This document shows positions 1 through 11,529 of a stretch of 64,000 nucleotides of DNA, in pieces. Position numbers and translations under genes: made by a program. The notes under the pieces were generated by a model. That model searched no databases. It saw nothing but the letters and a program-made list of their open reading frames with translations, and was not told the origin of the DNA. Origin of the DNA: Lingula anatina (lineage: Eukaryota > Animalia > Brachiopoda); NCBI GenBank assembly GCA_051362555.1, contig CM120642.1, positions 8,184,001 through 8,248,000 on the forward strand. Reading direction: 5' to 3'. Numbering within the stretch: the stretch's first letter is position 1; the number at the start of each line of letters is the position of its first letter.

Positions 1-2
1 AG

Positions 3-275
3 GACGACGCTGCGACGGATGAGGCACCTGCTCCAGCAGAAGAGGAGGCACTTGCTCCAGCAGAGGACGAGGCACTTGCTCCAGCAGAAGATGAGGCACT
101 TGCTCCAGCGGAGGATGAGGCACCTGCTCCAGCAGAGGACGAGGCACCTGCTGACGCCGTGTTTGATGTAGAGCTTTGTGAGTTTGCAGAATGCAGAACT
201 AAAAGGAAAAAAAGACAATGGTTCATGTGTGAAGATAAGGCTGTTGAAGCCCTGAAAATGAGATTCTCATTTTAA
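3..275 (+). CDS. 3' end of an ORF: acidic Ala/Pro octapeptide repeats followed by a truncated Cys (PHD-like) motif; possibly a transposon-protein remnant
   Basis: Open frame from base 3 to TAA 273-275: DDAATDEAPAPAEEEALAPAEDEALAPAEDEALAPAEDEAPAPAEDEAPADAVFDVELCEFAECRTKRKKRQWFMCEDKAVEALKMRFSF*. The start lies outside the window. Confidence 0.5.
   Translation, partial: DDAATDEAPAPAEEEALAPAEDEALAPAEDEALAPAEDEAPAPAEDEAPADAVFDVELCEFAECRTKRKKRQWFMCEDKAVEALKMRFSF
18..152 (+). repeat. 24-bp coding minisatellite (~5.5 copies)
   Basis: Unit GA(T/C/G)GAGGCAC(C/T)TGCTCCAGC(A/G)GA(A/G), varying mostly at third codon positions. Confidence 0.9.
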
Positions 276-2635
276 TAATGTCCCTTTCGATAACATCGTG
301 AAAACAGTCGTTAAGTCTTAAGCAAGTAGATACCTAACTTGTCTTTTTAAATTTGCGTGCTACTGCATATTTTAAGTATTTATAATATTTCGACGTTACC
401 AAGTAAATTCTACATCTAGCGCTTTCTGCTTTAGGTATATCTGTCGCACCAGATAACTTTTAAGACTGTGTAGACTTCAAGTAGCTTTTAAACCCACTAG
501 GCTACTACACACAAACGTACACCTAACTTTAATCAATTAACTATTTAACTTAAAAAGAATAAAATAAAAATGTAACTTACCGAAAGCAACAATAAGTAAG
601 TTAATAAGCAATGTAAACTTCATTTTTCTTTCGTATAAGTCTTAATTAAGTAACGTGATAATACAGTTCCTCTGGTCTCGTAAGATCCCTCTGCTAAAAT
701 GTACGTGCGGTTCCTTTTTTAAGTTATAAGTTCCACGTTTTCTTAGGATTCTGTGTCTCAAAGATGACAACGATTACGAAGCGAGATTGCAAATGTTGTA
801 TAGCTCGTTCAGTGACTGGCGTGTGCTTTTATGGCGAGCAATATGTTTATTTAGTTACCTCATGTTGCATCTTGGAGACTCCATGGCTACTTTTTTAGTG
901 GCGACAACTTCGAAATTTTGAATCATCCTCTTTCGGGGCCATACTAGCAAAATGCAGCGTCCCCTATCATGCATACGTTTTTCCTATGCGCACGCTTTAT
1001 ATGCTTTGTATTCAGTGCGGCCATTGCGGAGTATAACGGCCATTTCGAGATTACGTAATGCTTACTGTGGCAGGCGAAATGAGGCGTAGTTCTGTTATGA
1101 TTATATTTGGATGTTGGTAGGGAAGGGGTAAAACTCTGCCAAGCAAGTATCTTATATGTATCCCTAAAATAGGAATCACTTTGACTTAAGTTTACCATAA
1201 AAATAAATTAATTAATTAATTAAAAAATAAAATAAAAAAAAGAGAGAGAGAAGTTCCTTTTATCAGTAAACGCAACTGTTTTTTCCTCAGGGGCGGGTGA
1301 CTAGGTTTTCAACTTTTAGCAGTTTACTCTCAGTACATCCTGTTTCAGAGAAAAGAAAAAGCTGGGCTCTCAGCGCCTTAACTCAGGACCAGGTTACCGG
1401 CTGCAATAAGAGTAGAAAAATGATATTAATATATTGACATGATTTTACAACTGTCTTTTTAAGTCATGTCCTGACAAAGCTCGTCATTACAAATATTGTG
1501 TCAAGCAATAAAAGTCGAATTATTGGTGCGAAATACTCCATTTAATCGGAATTTTTGTACATTCCCCTTAATACCGAACCCTTAATCCCGTCTTCACTTT
1601 TTCATGAGTTGCAAAATCTTGAGTTCTCTGGATCAATATTAAATTTTGTTATGGTCAATTGAATATTATTGACATCTGTATTTTAGTCTGGATTTCCAAT
1701 GTTTGTTCTTTTCTTTTCTTTTCGTATGTGCAACTAAATCAGTGTTGCAAAACAAACACTAGTCAACAGATGCGCAGCAATCTTAAATCAATATCATTTT
1801 CATATTCCAAACTTTCCCCCAATAGGTCCTTAAGATGAAGGCTGTTTTTAACAACAGCGTGTGAAGAAAAACGTTTGTTTTTATCTTTATCGTTCTTATT
1901 TTTCATCGTAAAATAACTTATGGAATTTTTATAGAAAGTTTGGCATAAAACAAATCGTAGTCATCAAGTAGTTTAACTTTTTGTCATTTATATAATATTA
2001 GTCTCAATTTAGAATCTAGCCTTCTCATCAAGTTTGTAAAAGTGAACAAGCATCGTAAACTAAAGAATGTAATTACTTTCTTGTCACTCATTGTTAATTT
2101 GTCAGATTTGCTTCAGCTTCATAGGGGGTAAGGGGAACTTTCGAAAAGTTTCGCGGTGGCCAGCAGACTTTGATTCCCGATCACCCTCACTTAACACTTT
2201 GTCCACTCTTCTGTCGGTCTGCACTGAATAAACCTATTATATCCAATGTGAGTGAATAAAGTGATTCAGACGGTGTTGTGAATGAAAACGGAGAAAGGGT
2301 CAACCATTCTGTAATAAAGTGCACACGGCAAGGTTTACCGCACGGCTTGTGTATAATGTGAATAGATTTTCGGTATTATATAGGCTAAGTGGTGTTCTGG
2401 CCACGCCCTATGTTTATCTAATACATTTTATAACTTCAAAGTATAACTTGAAGATTGTCCTGAATTATAACTATTTCTAGAAAATATGGCTGAGATTCGA
2501 ATGCATTTTAAAGGTTAATGTTGCTGAAAACATGGATAAACTCAGAGCACGAATATACCCAGTACTGCCACAGAAAGTCGTTACTCTAAAGCGTAAAATA
2601 TCCATTTGGGTATAATATCGTTTTTATTAAAGCCC

Positions 2636-2740
2636 TAGACCCAATTCTCATACCTACATAGATCTAGCAGGATCGACCCATCTCCGAGGGAATTCTCGCT
2701 AAATTGCACTCGGCTTAAGCGGCTCTGATGTCTAGACTTA
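2636..2740. mobile_element. MITE-family fragment, second copy inverted at ~42600-42730
   Basis: GACCCAAT..CATACCTA...GATCTAGCAGGATCGACCCATCTCCGAGGG matches the reverse complement of 42670-42730. Confidence 0.7.
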
Positions 2741-3058
2741 AACATATAGCGATAATGTACTTAAACTATCACTAAAGAATATATATACCAACATTTTTGA
2801 AACAGTCATGCTTGTTCTTTCTAGAATCTCTAACTCCTTTTACTATTTTACGTTTAATTTACGACATTTGCTGCACTTTTTACATTACTTATTCTTTGTG
2901 TAAACAGCAATGACAAGAATGTTAAACGCGGTTTTAAGAGATTGAATTACTAGCATTTAAATGAATAGAATGATCATTATTCAAGAATCTTAATTTATCT
3001 AGTAGGTATATGTAATACGAGTAACCTGTGTTTGTTAAGTATTACTAAGTAAATATAT

Positions 3059-3185
3059 ATAGGATTATATTTAACATCTGTAAAGTAGATCTTCAGAGAT
3101 GCATCAGCAATAATACTTATACATAGGATAATATTTAACATCTGCACAGTAGATCTTCAGAGATGCATCAGCAATAATACTTATA
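3059..3185. repeat. 64-bp direct tandem duplication (2 copies)
   Basis: ATAGGAT.ATATTTAACATCTG...AGTAGATCTTCAGAGATGCATCAGCAATAATACTTATA occurs twice, period 64. Confidence 0.9.
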
Positions 3186-5566
3186 TCTTCCTTATAATCT
3201 ATACGGTGAATTGACATGAATCCTTGAAGTATTACTAATGACGGATTCTTATGGGTAACTGTTGGATGGTACACCCCTGTACCCCTGTGAGCAAACTGAA
3301 GTTAATTCATCAAACACATAGTAGACGGGAATTCAAGTAAAGCAAACTATTTAAATGGGATGTTGAAAGACGCAGAAAGAGGAAAGTGCTTCTCTGACAC
3401 ACGACACTCGAAATAGGGGTGTGTTGCAGTTAGGGTCACTTAAGCATCATATTTAGACTTTTTTTAAAAACCAACACAATTCTGTCTGGGATATATTGGA
3501 TCGAAAATATCCAAACGTATCGGACTTTAAATTCTATTAAATAAAAAAAGTCTTAATTTAGTTGAATGAAATTGTCTCCTGTGCTACTTAATGGTCAGCC
3601 TCTGCCATATATAAGTTTAGAATTTAATAACAATTAAGTACATTTGTTCGGAGACAATAACAATTTAAATCATATAGAAACCATACAGTCGTCATATCAG
3701 AAACCTCAACATGTATCAAGTACACAATTGCCTTCGGATGTTTATTTTGCGTTGCCATGGCGACTATTATTCATACCTGAAGTACGTAATGATTGGAACG
3801 GGCACTGGACATTATATAGTAGGTCCTTTCATAACACAGTGGTCAAGTTAGGTGTGTTTAATATATCGTGTGCTATAATAACATTGACGGTAGGGTCCAC
3901 TTGATTCGGGTCCACAAGAATGTACACATGTATCGGTGCAATGTACTCCCTGCATCATTAAGGATGGGCATCGAATTCGGAAGAATATTCATCGATTTAT
4001 TGCACATCGCTTAGAAAATTCTATCAGTAAACGAAATTGTTTATCCTAAATAGCTTCGCATTCATGGGATCGCATTCGTTTGATAATCTTTATCATATCT
4101 GATAAAATTTGGTATTCTATCTTGTATTTTTGCTTAATGTTTCTGGAACTAGCCACGCAAATGTGATGAATAAAACTTGATTTCTCCATGACTTGTAGGG
4201 TCTACGCCAAATCTGATATCAGAGCAAATTTGAATAATTGAGCAATTTTTATCTGCGTAAATTTGATAGGTATTGAAATTATTTATGCATGTTTACTATT
4301 GTCTATAATAAAGAAAAATAATTATGTTTTGACATAATTTAAGACTTGTCATTAGAAATATTTAGAAGAATTCTTTTTCATGATAAAGGGCCTAGCAAAC
4401 AGTGCTTTAATAGTTAACAACATTGGTGCGTCTAACTCAATTTAATCAATTATTTTATTTTCGTTGCATTTTTTATACTTTCCTTGATACTGTAACCTTA
4501 ATAACAACTTTATTTTCGTCGTAAATTTCAAAATAGCGAGTTTTCTGGATCGCTATTATATTTTGTTTTGATGGATCAAAATACCATTGCCTCTCTTAAT
4601 TTCCAATTTCGATGTTCTTTTTACAGCTGAGCTATCACCGCCAAATGACTCGAAATATGGAAACAAACAATACGTGGTCATTATTTATCTATACATTTTC
4701 GTCTTTGTCGTTTTGATAAACTTTTCATCAACCCCCGTAAGTGTCAACACGTACTATTTAAGGATATAGTTATTTTCCTCTTGCTCATTTTTTGCCAAGT
4801 GGGCCCCAGATCTCATCGTTAACATTACAGCTGTTTTTGTACATGCATGTGCTTCAGTCGGGCCAGTAACTGACAGTTTTTCAGAAATTGCACCGGCCCA
4901 GCCCAATTTCTACTGGCATCGGCAGTCGGGCCAGTTGCTAAAGTTGCAAACTGATAGTATTGCCCGACATACATTATACATAGTGACTTCATTCTTCAAA
5001 GTGATACACAGTATGGGTTGAAACTGTTTATGTGTCACTATGGACATTATGGAATCACAAACTAATTTTATTACTTCTTATGTAAGCCCATATATAAAAG
5101 AAAACCAAACCTTTATTGTAATACAATGTAATTCCGGTGACAATGCCCGACATCTGCACGTAAGCTAAATTCTTGACTACAAAAATAAACTTCGGCAAAT
5201 ATATATTATAAGTATTCAAAAGCTCCAACTGGACGTGAAAATGCTCTTAGTTTGCTTGGTCAGCGGCCCTGAAACAACTTGGTCAACACGTGGAATTTGC
5301 ACAACGTGGACTTGGCTTGACCGCAATTCAAACCACAGCTTAACAGTGGATGTTAACTGGTTGAAAAACATTAGTAGCGTTCAAGGCTACTTTTATCTTA
5401 CTTTTAACCGAAATTCCTGTATTGAAATTTTTCAGAAATGCCTGATATAATTATAATCAGTCTGTTACTATATTAAGCATTATTCCTGATCTTACAGTAG
5501 CGGAAGAATTAGGAAGGGCCTACAGTCAATAATAATAAAATTAATTGATAAAATTTTTACTGCCAG

Positions 5567-5727
5567 TGTGACAGGAATGGTAGTCCTAGGAATAAAAGTC
5601 CGGGGTTCCAAATGATTAGTTTAGGTTAGGGTTAGTCGGAGCTTTGGGGTTAGTATATGGGACAAATGTCACCCGTATTCAAAGTAATGGGAAACGGACT
5701 ACGATGAAGGGTGGACTCTCTGTAACA
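5567..5727. mobile_element. Small TGT...ACA element with an internal TTAGGGTTAG motif (relative at 30156-30277)
   Basis: Ends TGTGACAG / CTGTAACA, with subterminal AGTCC/GGACT motifs. No clean TSD. Confidence 0.4.
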
Positions 5728-5856
5728 CGGACCTTCAGTTTCGTTAAACTGGTGCTTTCGCAAAGACTAATTGCAAACACTTAAATACATCTTAATTACA
5801 AAAGTTAAAAATAAAACTTAAAACATGTCAGCTTTACACATTAATATCAAAAACAC

Positions 5857-5862
5857 TTTATT
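5857..5862 (-). terminator. Candidate polyadenylation signal of the M6-like gene
   Basis: AATAAA on the minus strand ~1.5 kb downstream of the stop, followed by a T/GT-rich tract. Confidence 0.45.
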
Positions 5863-7384
5863 AATCAGTATGTGTATACTTACACGTGCTGTGCTAAAAC
5901 TACAATTAAAATTGAACATTCAGCTTGTATAAAGTCCATTACATGTACGTAAAGCCTAGTACTGAGACAATCTTGAACAATGTGTTGCTCCTAACATACA
6001 TGTAGTTCTTAAATATTGCTTTTCTCCACCGTTACACAGCGAATAAACTTCCAGTGAAAAAATTACCACCCACGTTGAAAAGCTAGTTATCTTATAAAAT
6101 CATTTACTGGAAGTGGAGATTCTACCTTTTTCGAGTGATTACAATTCATGCCAGAAATGTACGCATTGTTGCACAATGGAAAGATAAAGCCCAACGGCTT
6201 ATCTTTCAGAAAACACCCAGAAAAGGTTTTAACCAATGTCCTCACTAACAAGGTAATATTCTCCGCCCGTAAACAACAAAACAAAAACAAACTATATATT
6301 TGTATTTATATGTAAGACTGATGAAGAGTAAGTTTGCAGCACATTCGATGTTAACTTTGCATGTGTAGCCAAGTGTTGTTCAGTAATTTCAATGAATTTT
6401 TTTCTAATTTACAAAAATCCTTGCTCGCACCGAATTCCAATCCCTCGTAAACGCATCGAATCCTAAATCCAGTGAACGGCTGCATAACGATATTCTTATT
6501 GCAGGGCTTTGTTGATGGGCCGGGGGGTGGGGGTGGGGGGGGTAGGGCAGGGCACAGGAGACTTTTCTGTGTCGCCCGGTACGTTTCCATCAAAAAGAGC
6601 ATTTTAAGACAAGCAATGGAGTAGAGGGAGGGGGGGGGGGGGGTAGAGATCAGCCTTCGAAATTGATTCAAAATTTCTGCCAATTGTGCAATCTCTCTAT
6701 GTTTAGCTACCCGTAGCACAGGGAGCGTTAACTGGCGTTTTACTTCTATTGTCTTTTTCCTGGGTGGATCGTTTTGCTGTCGACTTAGCTGCACTTGTAG
6801 CGATTTATACGTCGTCACAGAATTCAAAACATAGCTTTATAGCTGACGACCAGCAATCATGCTATATGATAATAATAAAAAACAGTAGGATCCTGTTGTT
6901 CTCACGTTGCATCACTGTAGCTCGCAAACGCATTCCCCTTTATGTATCACGTTTACGATCATGTCCAACTTTTCTTAATGTCTGTGCATTTCGTCTACTG
7001 TCATCAGTGCCTGTTCCATCACTGAATATAATCTACACCTTAGACAAAACGTGTCCTTTCAAACCTCGTGAGTATTGTTATACAGGTGAATTGCAGCTAG
7101 ATTTAAATAGCATTTAAGAAAACCATATACGGGTTGTACACTTCTTACGCATTCATTTACTTGGAATAATTTTACCGAGACGACAGGACTCAAATAAGGC
7201 TTAACCACTGTTGTGATAACCTTCGCATAGGTTAACGATGAACTCCAAGTAAACCACGTCAACAACGTCAAATTTGGCACTAATTTTTGCCGGTGTTTAT
7301 TATAACCTCCGGGCTACGTGTGTTGTCCTGCGTTCACGTGCGTACTGTACATTGTATCATAGTATTCTGCCTTCAGAGAGAAGT

Positions 7385-7522
7385 TCACATTTTAGTTTCA
7401 AGTAATGAGTTTCTGGACACGCGAACATCGTCTACGTCGTTGTGATTGTAGGCATTATACGTAGCGAATACCGTCTCTTTTAAATGCTTATAGTTAGCAC
7501 CAATTGCAATGAGGAAGTGGAC
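7385..7522 (-). CDS. M6: M6-like last coding exon
   Basis: Acceptor cttattttcag, phase 0; VHFLIAIGANYKHLKETVFATYNAYNHNDVDDVRVSRNSLLETKM*. Confidence 0.85.
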   Translation of the reverse strand, partial: VHFLIAIGANYKHLKETVFATYNAYNHNDVDDVRVSRNSLLETKM

Positions 7523-10500
7523 CTGAAAATAAGTACAATGTGTTAAGTGTGTTTTTGTCACAACTATCGCAATCCGTGTCCAATGCCTCGCTATCGCACT
7601 TGTCTAGAATGATTCTACTGTGGTTATTTACTAACGCAAATACATTATAAATGGAGTCACTTAAAAAAGTTTTGATACAACACCTATATAAAAGATTCTC
7701 AAAAACGCACTGTTATGAGATGCAAAAAAGCAACTCGTGTACATTGGATTCAATGTGACAAAAAGTTCGTTTCACGTTCACGGTAAGAAAATATTAAAAT
7801 AAAATCCATAGAGTACTTACCATACTAATGGCCACGAGGACGGCAGACACAAAAGTTGCTCCAAAACATATCAAGTTTTCTTTTCCCTAAAAAATCAAAG
7901 TTCGCATTATGTATAAAGAATCACATTCATTTGATGTTTCCCTATGCTGGTTTTCAATTCTATCAGGACATATTAACTGCGAGTACCAAACGACTTTCAT
8001 GTATTAATTCTGTGCTATGACGGTATTAAGCCATTCAGCACAAGGCATCGACACCGCTCTGAATCTAAGCACATATTATTTTTAACATCATTTACAGAGT
8101 GGACAACATCACACAGATGACGTCACACATTACATCACATACCTGAGTCCAAAATAAGTACAACCTATCGTCACATATGGGTTCTTTATTTGGGAAGCCT
8201 GAAAAAGAAAGATATCTTGAAGGAAACGGATGGCTGTTAAAAGTGGTATAGAGGGCCTAACGATGACGTACTGAGTACTTAGTACGAACACCAATAACAA
8301 AAACTATAAACTTTTTTGATTCACTGTACAGGTAAATACGATAATTACGTGAAAACGCATGTGTTGAGAGCCAATAATAAAAACTAATTGCTCAAATGCT
8401 GCGAAATATGCACCACTTCATTGATTTTTTCTGACAAGACCTGCTGGTATATGATAATACGGCTGATTTCCAGATATAAGAGCACTACAACACATCTTTG
8501 CCAACTGCCTGCATGGATGGTCGTTAAGTGCACTGTAGGGCAAAGTCAATATCTATATGATATCCGTTTGCAGAGGCAAGGATGCTTCAGTCCGTGATAT
8601 CTACCAGGTACATCAGGAGTATCAACTTTACATATCCGTCATTATTAATAATAATCTTCACGAGGACATACAGCAGATGAAAAAGAACGCCCCAATGGTC
8701 TTCCCAAGTATTTTACTGTATTCTTTGCTTACTCTACCTGTAATCACGCGATAAACAACAAATATCCGCGGTCACTCTATAACATAACTGTAGAAACTCT
8801 GCAACATACCGTAATTTTGCAAATTAATACACTCCACTGCATACTCCTCATACAGTATCCGCAGTAATATTAGTAGGAAGAGAGGCAATGTCAACGCACA
8901 GCAGATCAACAGCCAGACCACGTGAAAAGTGTAGGCGAAGATTAAACACTGAAATTAAATATGTATAATATCTACATGCATATTGTTGTACTGGTCATAA
9001 CAATAATAATATATGTAAAACATTGAACTCAGAAATCGTTGAATATGGTACATGTACTAGTACCAGGGCAAGCGCCAATAAAGGTGTCAATGAAATGTGA
9101 AGATTCTTTTTTATAACCGTTTTGAGATTTGTATGTATAGTATATTCACGATATGAAACAGGTTGGATGTTTCACAATCGCAATCAACTTAGTGTATTCA
9201 TACAGGTATACTGATAACTTAAAAAGTTTCAGAGAAATCCAACTAGCGGTATAATGCGTACGTGTACCAGGGGAAACGTTCATTTCAAAATTATATTTAT
9301 ACATCGATTACGGTAGGCAGAATATAACCCACGAAATCGACAGATTGTCCAGAAAACCGTCCACATAAAAAATATGCCTTAATTCTGAAGCTTGCACTCT
9401 TGTACACTGATACAAAGTCCTATCGATCTGACTAGCAATTCGAAGGTTGAAAAACATTTTACACTCTCTCTCTCGGAGTTTTTCCTCTTCATTTCCTAAG
9501 TTTGTGTGTGAGTGTGTGTGTGTGTGTGTGTAAGCAACAAGTAATTTCAGTTCAAACACTACCTAATAATATCGCCTGTTTCACTTAAACACTTACCACG
9601 ATGTTCAGCGATCGTCCAAACGCATTTTTCTTAGTGGTGCTAAATACATGTCTGCTGTTTTTTCCAGACGACAACGAGGCTACGACGAGGAGAAAGGTTC
9701 CCACCACGACCACAGATACACAGATCCCTATGGTAACGTCCTCCATCATATACATCCTGTATGGTGAAAATAAGTAAAGTTGACTGTACTCCTCCAATTG
9801 CCAATAGTTAAATTTTTACAATGCCAATCGAGAGGCAATACATTTTAAAACTCATATGAAACTTTTATTAAAATAACAACTGAAAACGGCAAATGCAATG
9901 TACAAATATTAATACTTAATAAACTGTCAATACTAGTCGAACACATTTAATTTGAGAAGAAAACAGAATGAAAGGTTTCGATCGACATTCACAGATGTAA
10001 AAGGTCAGGGATAAAGATATAACAGAAAAGATTTAATAATGACATAAATATATTACAACTGACCAGTCTGGGTCGGCTAACATCTCCCTGAGTCTGCGCA
10101 CCCCAATAATCATGGAGGCGGTGAAGCCCCCTATCCCTACCAGCATAATAATCCATGCTATCAGAGACGCACACGGTACACTCGCCATACAGGCCAAGCA
10201 GCCGCGGTCCTGCTCCGATCCTGAAAAGAAATAATCAGTGAAATAATGGAGAGATACTTACTACTACATGTACATTAATATGGATTCATGTATTTTACTT
10301 AGGGAGGCACAAGGAAAATTTGCCTTTTTTGGATATATAAAATGCTTGGGGGGGGGGGTAAATATGTGGCACATGTATGGTATTGGGAAGAAGGGGGGCG
10401 TTTAAACTAATAGGTAGAGAGCAATCACCCTTGCCCTCCCTAAGACTTGCCACTTATTAACCATAAGACATAAACTCATAGGCTGTAGACGCACTCATAC

Positions 10501-11529
10501 ACAATATATCAATTACTATGCTGGTCAACCTGCTTCAATTTTGAAAAACCTATCCAATTTTAGAACAGATAGACCTCATTTCCACAGATTTTAGCTCAAT
10601 CTATCCCTTTGGGAGTCTCACTAGATTACTGTCAGCTTAGCCGGCTTAAGCGTCTGTCCCGCCTACTAAAAACTGTAAGGGGGTAATTAACTATGGTGCG
10701 CGCTCGGCTGACTGCAATTTAGCGTGAACCCCCAGGGAGTTAGGTCGATCTAAATCTTAATCTCTGGATCGATCTAAATCTCTGGAAATGCACCTTTAGA
10801 CATCTTCAAATCTTGAATGACAATAACTCTATTGTAATAGACTTGCACCAACTGCTCGCCTTAACTGTGGGATACTGGTACCCTCTACCAGGGCGAGTGA
10901 TAGATTTTTTACAGATATTCACAGATATGTCTCTAGCTAGATAGATGGTCATTTAGGGCTCAACTGTAGGATACTGGTACATATCAAAATGAGCATTTTG
11001 CTGTGAGTACAGCGGCGCAATCCAAGAAAAACACCCTTGTATCCCAGCAAGAATCACTTACTCTCTTTACAAAGAAACATGTCCTAAGTCCTGCATGACT
11101 GTGAAAATCCCTGTAAAATTCATTTTTGTTGTAACTGCGCTCAAAATAAGGATCATTCTAATATAAGCAACTTCAGGTTTCCCACACAGTAACACGTCTA
11201 ATCTCCTTTTATATCAGTGAGAATCACTGAAAAATTAATATTTTACTTCGATTTCTCAAACAAAAACACCTACGATCTTAGTTACTGTTCTTTTTTTCTC
11301 CCTTGCGACATTAAACATGGCAATGTATCCAAATATTTTCATTGGCTACTTATACTGTTTATCTTTAACGTTTCAACAACACTGTAATGTGATATAACAG
11401 TTTTTAACTTACGTTTTCCTCAAGAAAAAAATTCGCTAGCGATACAAAATACAAATACCATCTAGCAGAATATGTAACAAACTAGCACATGCATCATCAC
11501 ACTATACTATATAGCCTATACTTACTCAT
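7385..11529 (-). CDS. M6: Myelin proteolipid family (PLP/DM20/M6) tetraspan membrane glycoprotein, spliced gene (239 aa; 261 aa with optional exon)
   Basis: Phase-compatible GT-AG exons 11529-11526, 10220-10064, 9756-9597, 8948-8810, [8737-8672], 8198-8143, 7886-7821, 7522-7385. They give MRSEQDRGCLACMASVPCASLIAWIIMLVGIGGF...SLSSGKNSRHVFSTTKKNAFGRSLNIVCLIFAYTFHVVWLLICC...ECINLQNYGFPNKEPICDD...FGATFVSAVLVAISMVHFLIAIGANYKHLKE...TKM*. Four hydrophobic segments; motifs resemble M6 (C..C...vP.ASLIA, C.dL.qYG, VHfL....ANy). Confidence 0.88.
7821..7886 (-). CDS. M6: M6-like exon (TM4)
   Basis: 66 nt, ttttttag / gtaagt; GKENLICFGATFVSAVLVAISM. Confidence 0.85.
8143..8198 (-). CDS. M6: M6-like exon (extracellular loop 2)
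   Basis: 56 nt, ttctttttcag / gtatgt; FPNKEPICDDRLYLFWTQ. Confidence 0.8.
8672..8737 (-). CDS. Possible cassette exon of the M6-like gene
   Basis: 66 nt, phase 1-1, open (RVSKEYSKILGKTIGAFFFIC), tacag / gtatgt. Not needed for frame. Confidence 0.3.
8810..8948 (-). CDS. M6: M6-like exon (TM3)
   Basis: 139 nt, aatttcag / gtatgt; CLIFAYTFHVVWLLICCALTLPLFLLILLRILYEEYAVECINLQNY. Confidence 0.85.
9597..9756 (-). CDS. M6: M6-like exon (TM2 and intracellular loop)
   Basis: 160 nt, atacag / gtaagt; lies within track ORF 9585-9797. Confidence 0.88.
10064..10220 (-). CDS. M6: M6-like exon (Cys cluster and TM1)
   Basis: 157 nt, ttcttttcag / gtcagt; SEQDRGCLACMASVPCASLIAWIIMLVGIGGFTASMIIGVRRLREMLADPD. 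Confidence 0.88.
10575..10792. mobile_element. ~215-bp MITE; inverted sibling at 46596-46808
   Basis: Imperfect TIRs CATTTCCACAGATT / AATCTCTGGAAATG. The body aligns along its length with the reverse complement of 46596-46808. Confidence 0.8.
11526..11529 (-). CDS. Candidate first coding exon (ATG+A) of the M6-like gene
   Basis: aaaaccATGA|gtaagt: good Kozak, consensus donor, phase 1. Vertebrate PLP1 likewise has only ATG+1 nt coding in exon 1. Confidence 0.55.

Noticed and set aside
6351-6827. 158-aa Pro-rich ORF
   Set aside because: Non-ATG start, prolines come from C homopolymers, and it lies in the predicted M6 3'UTR.
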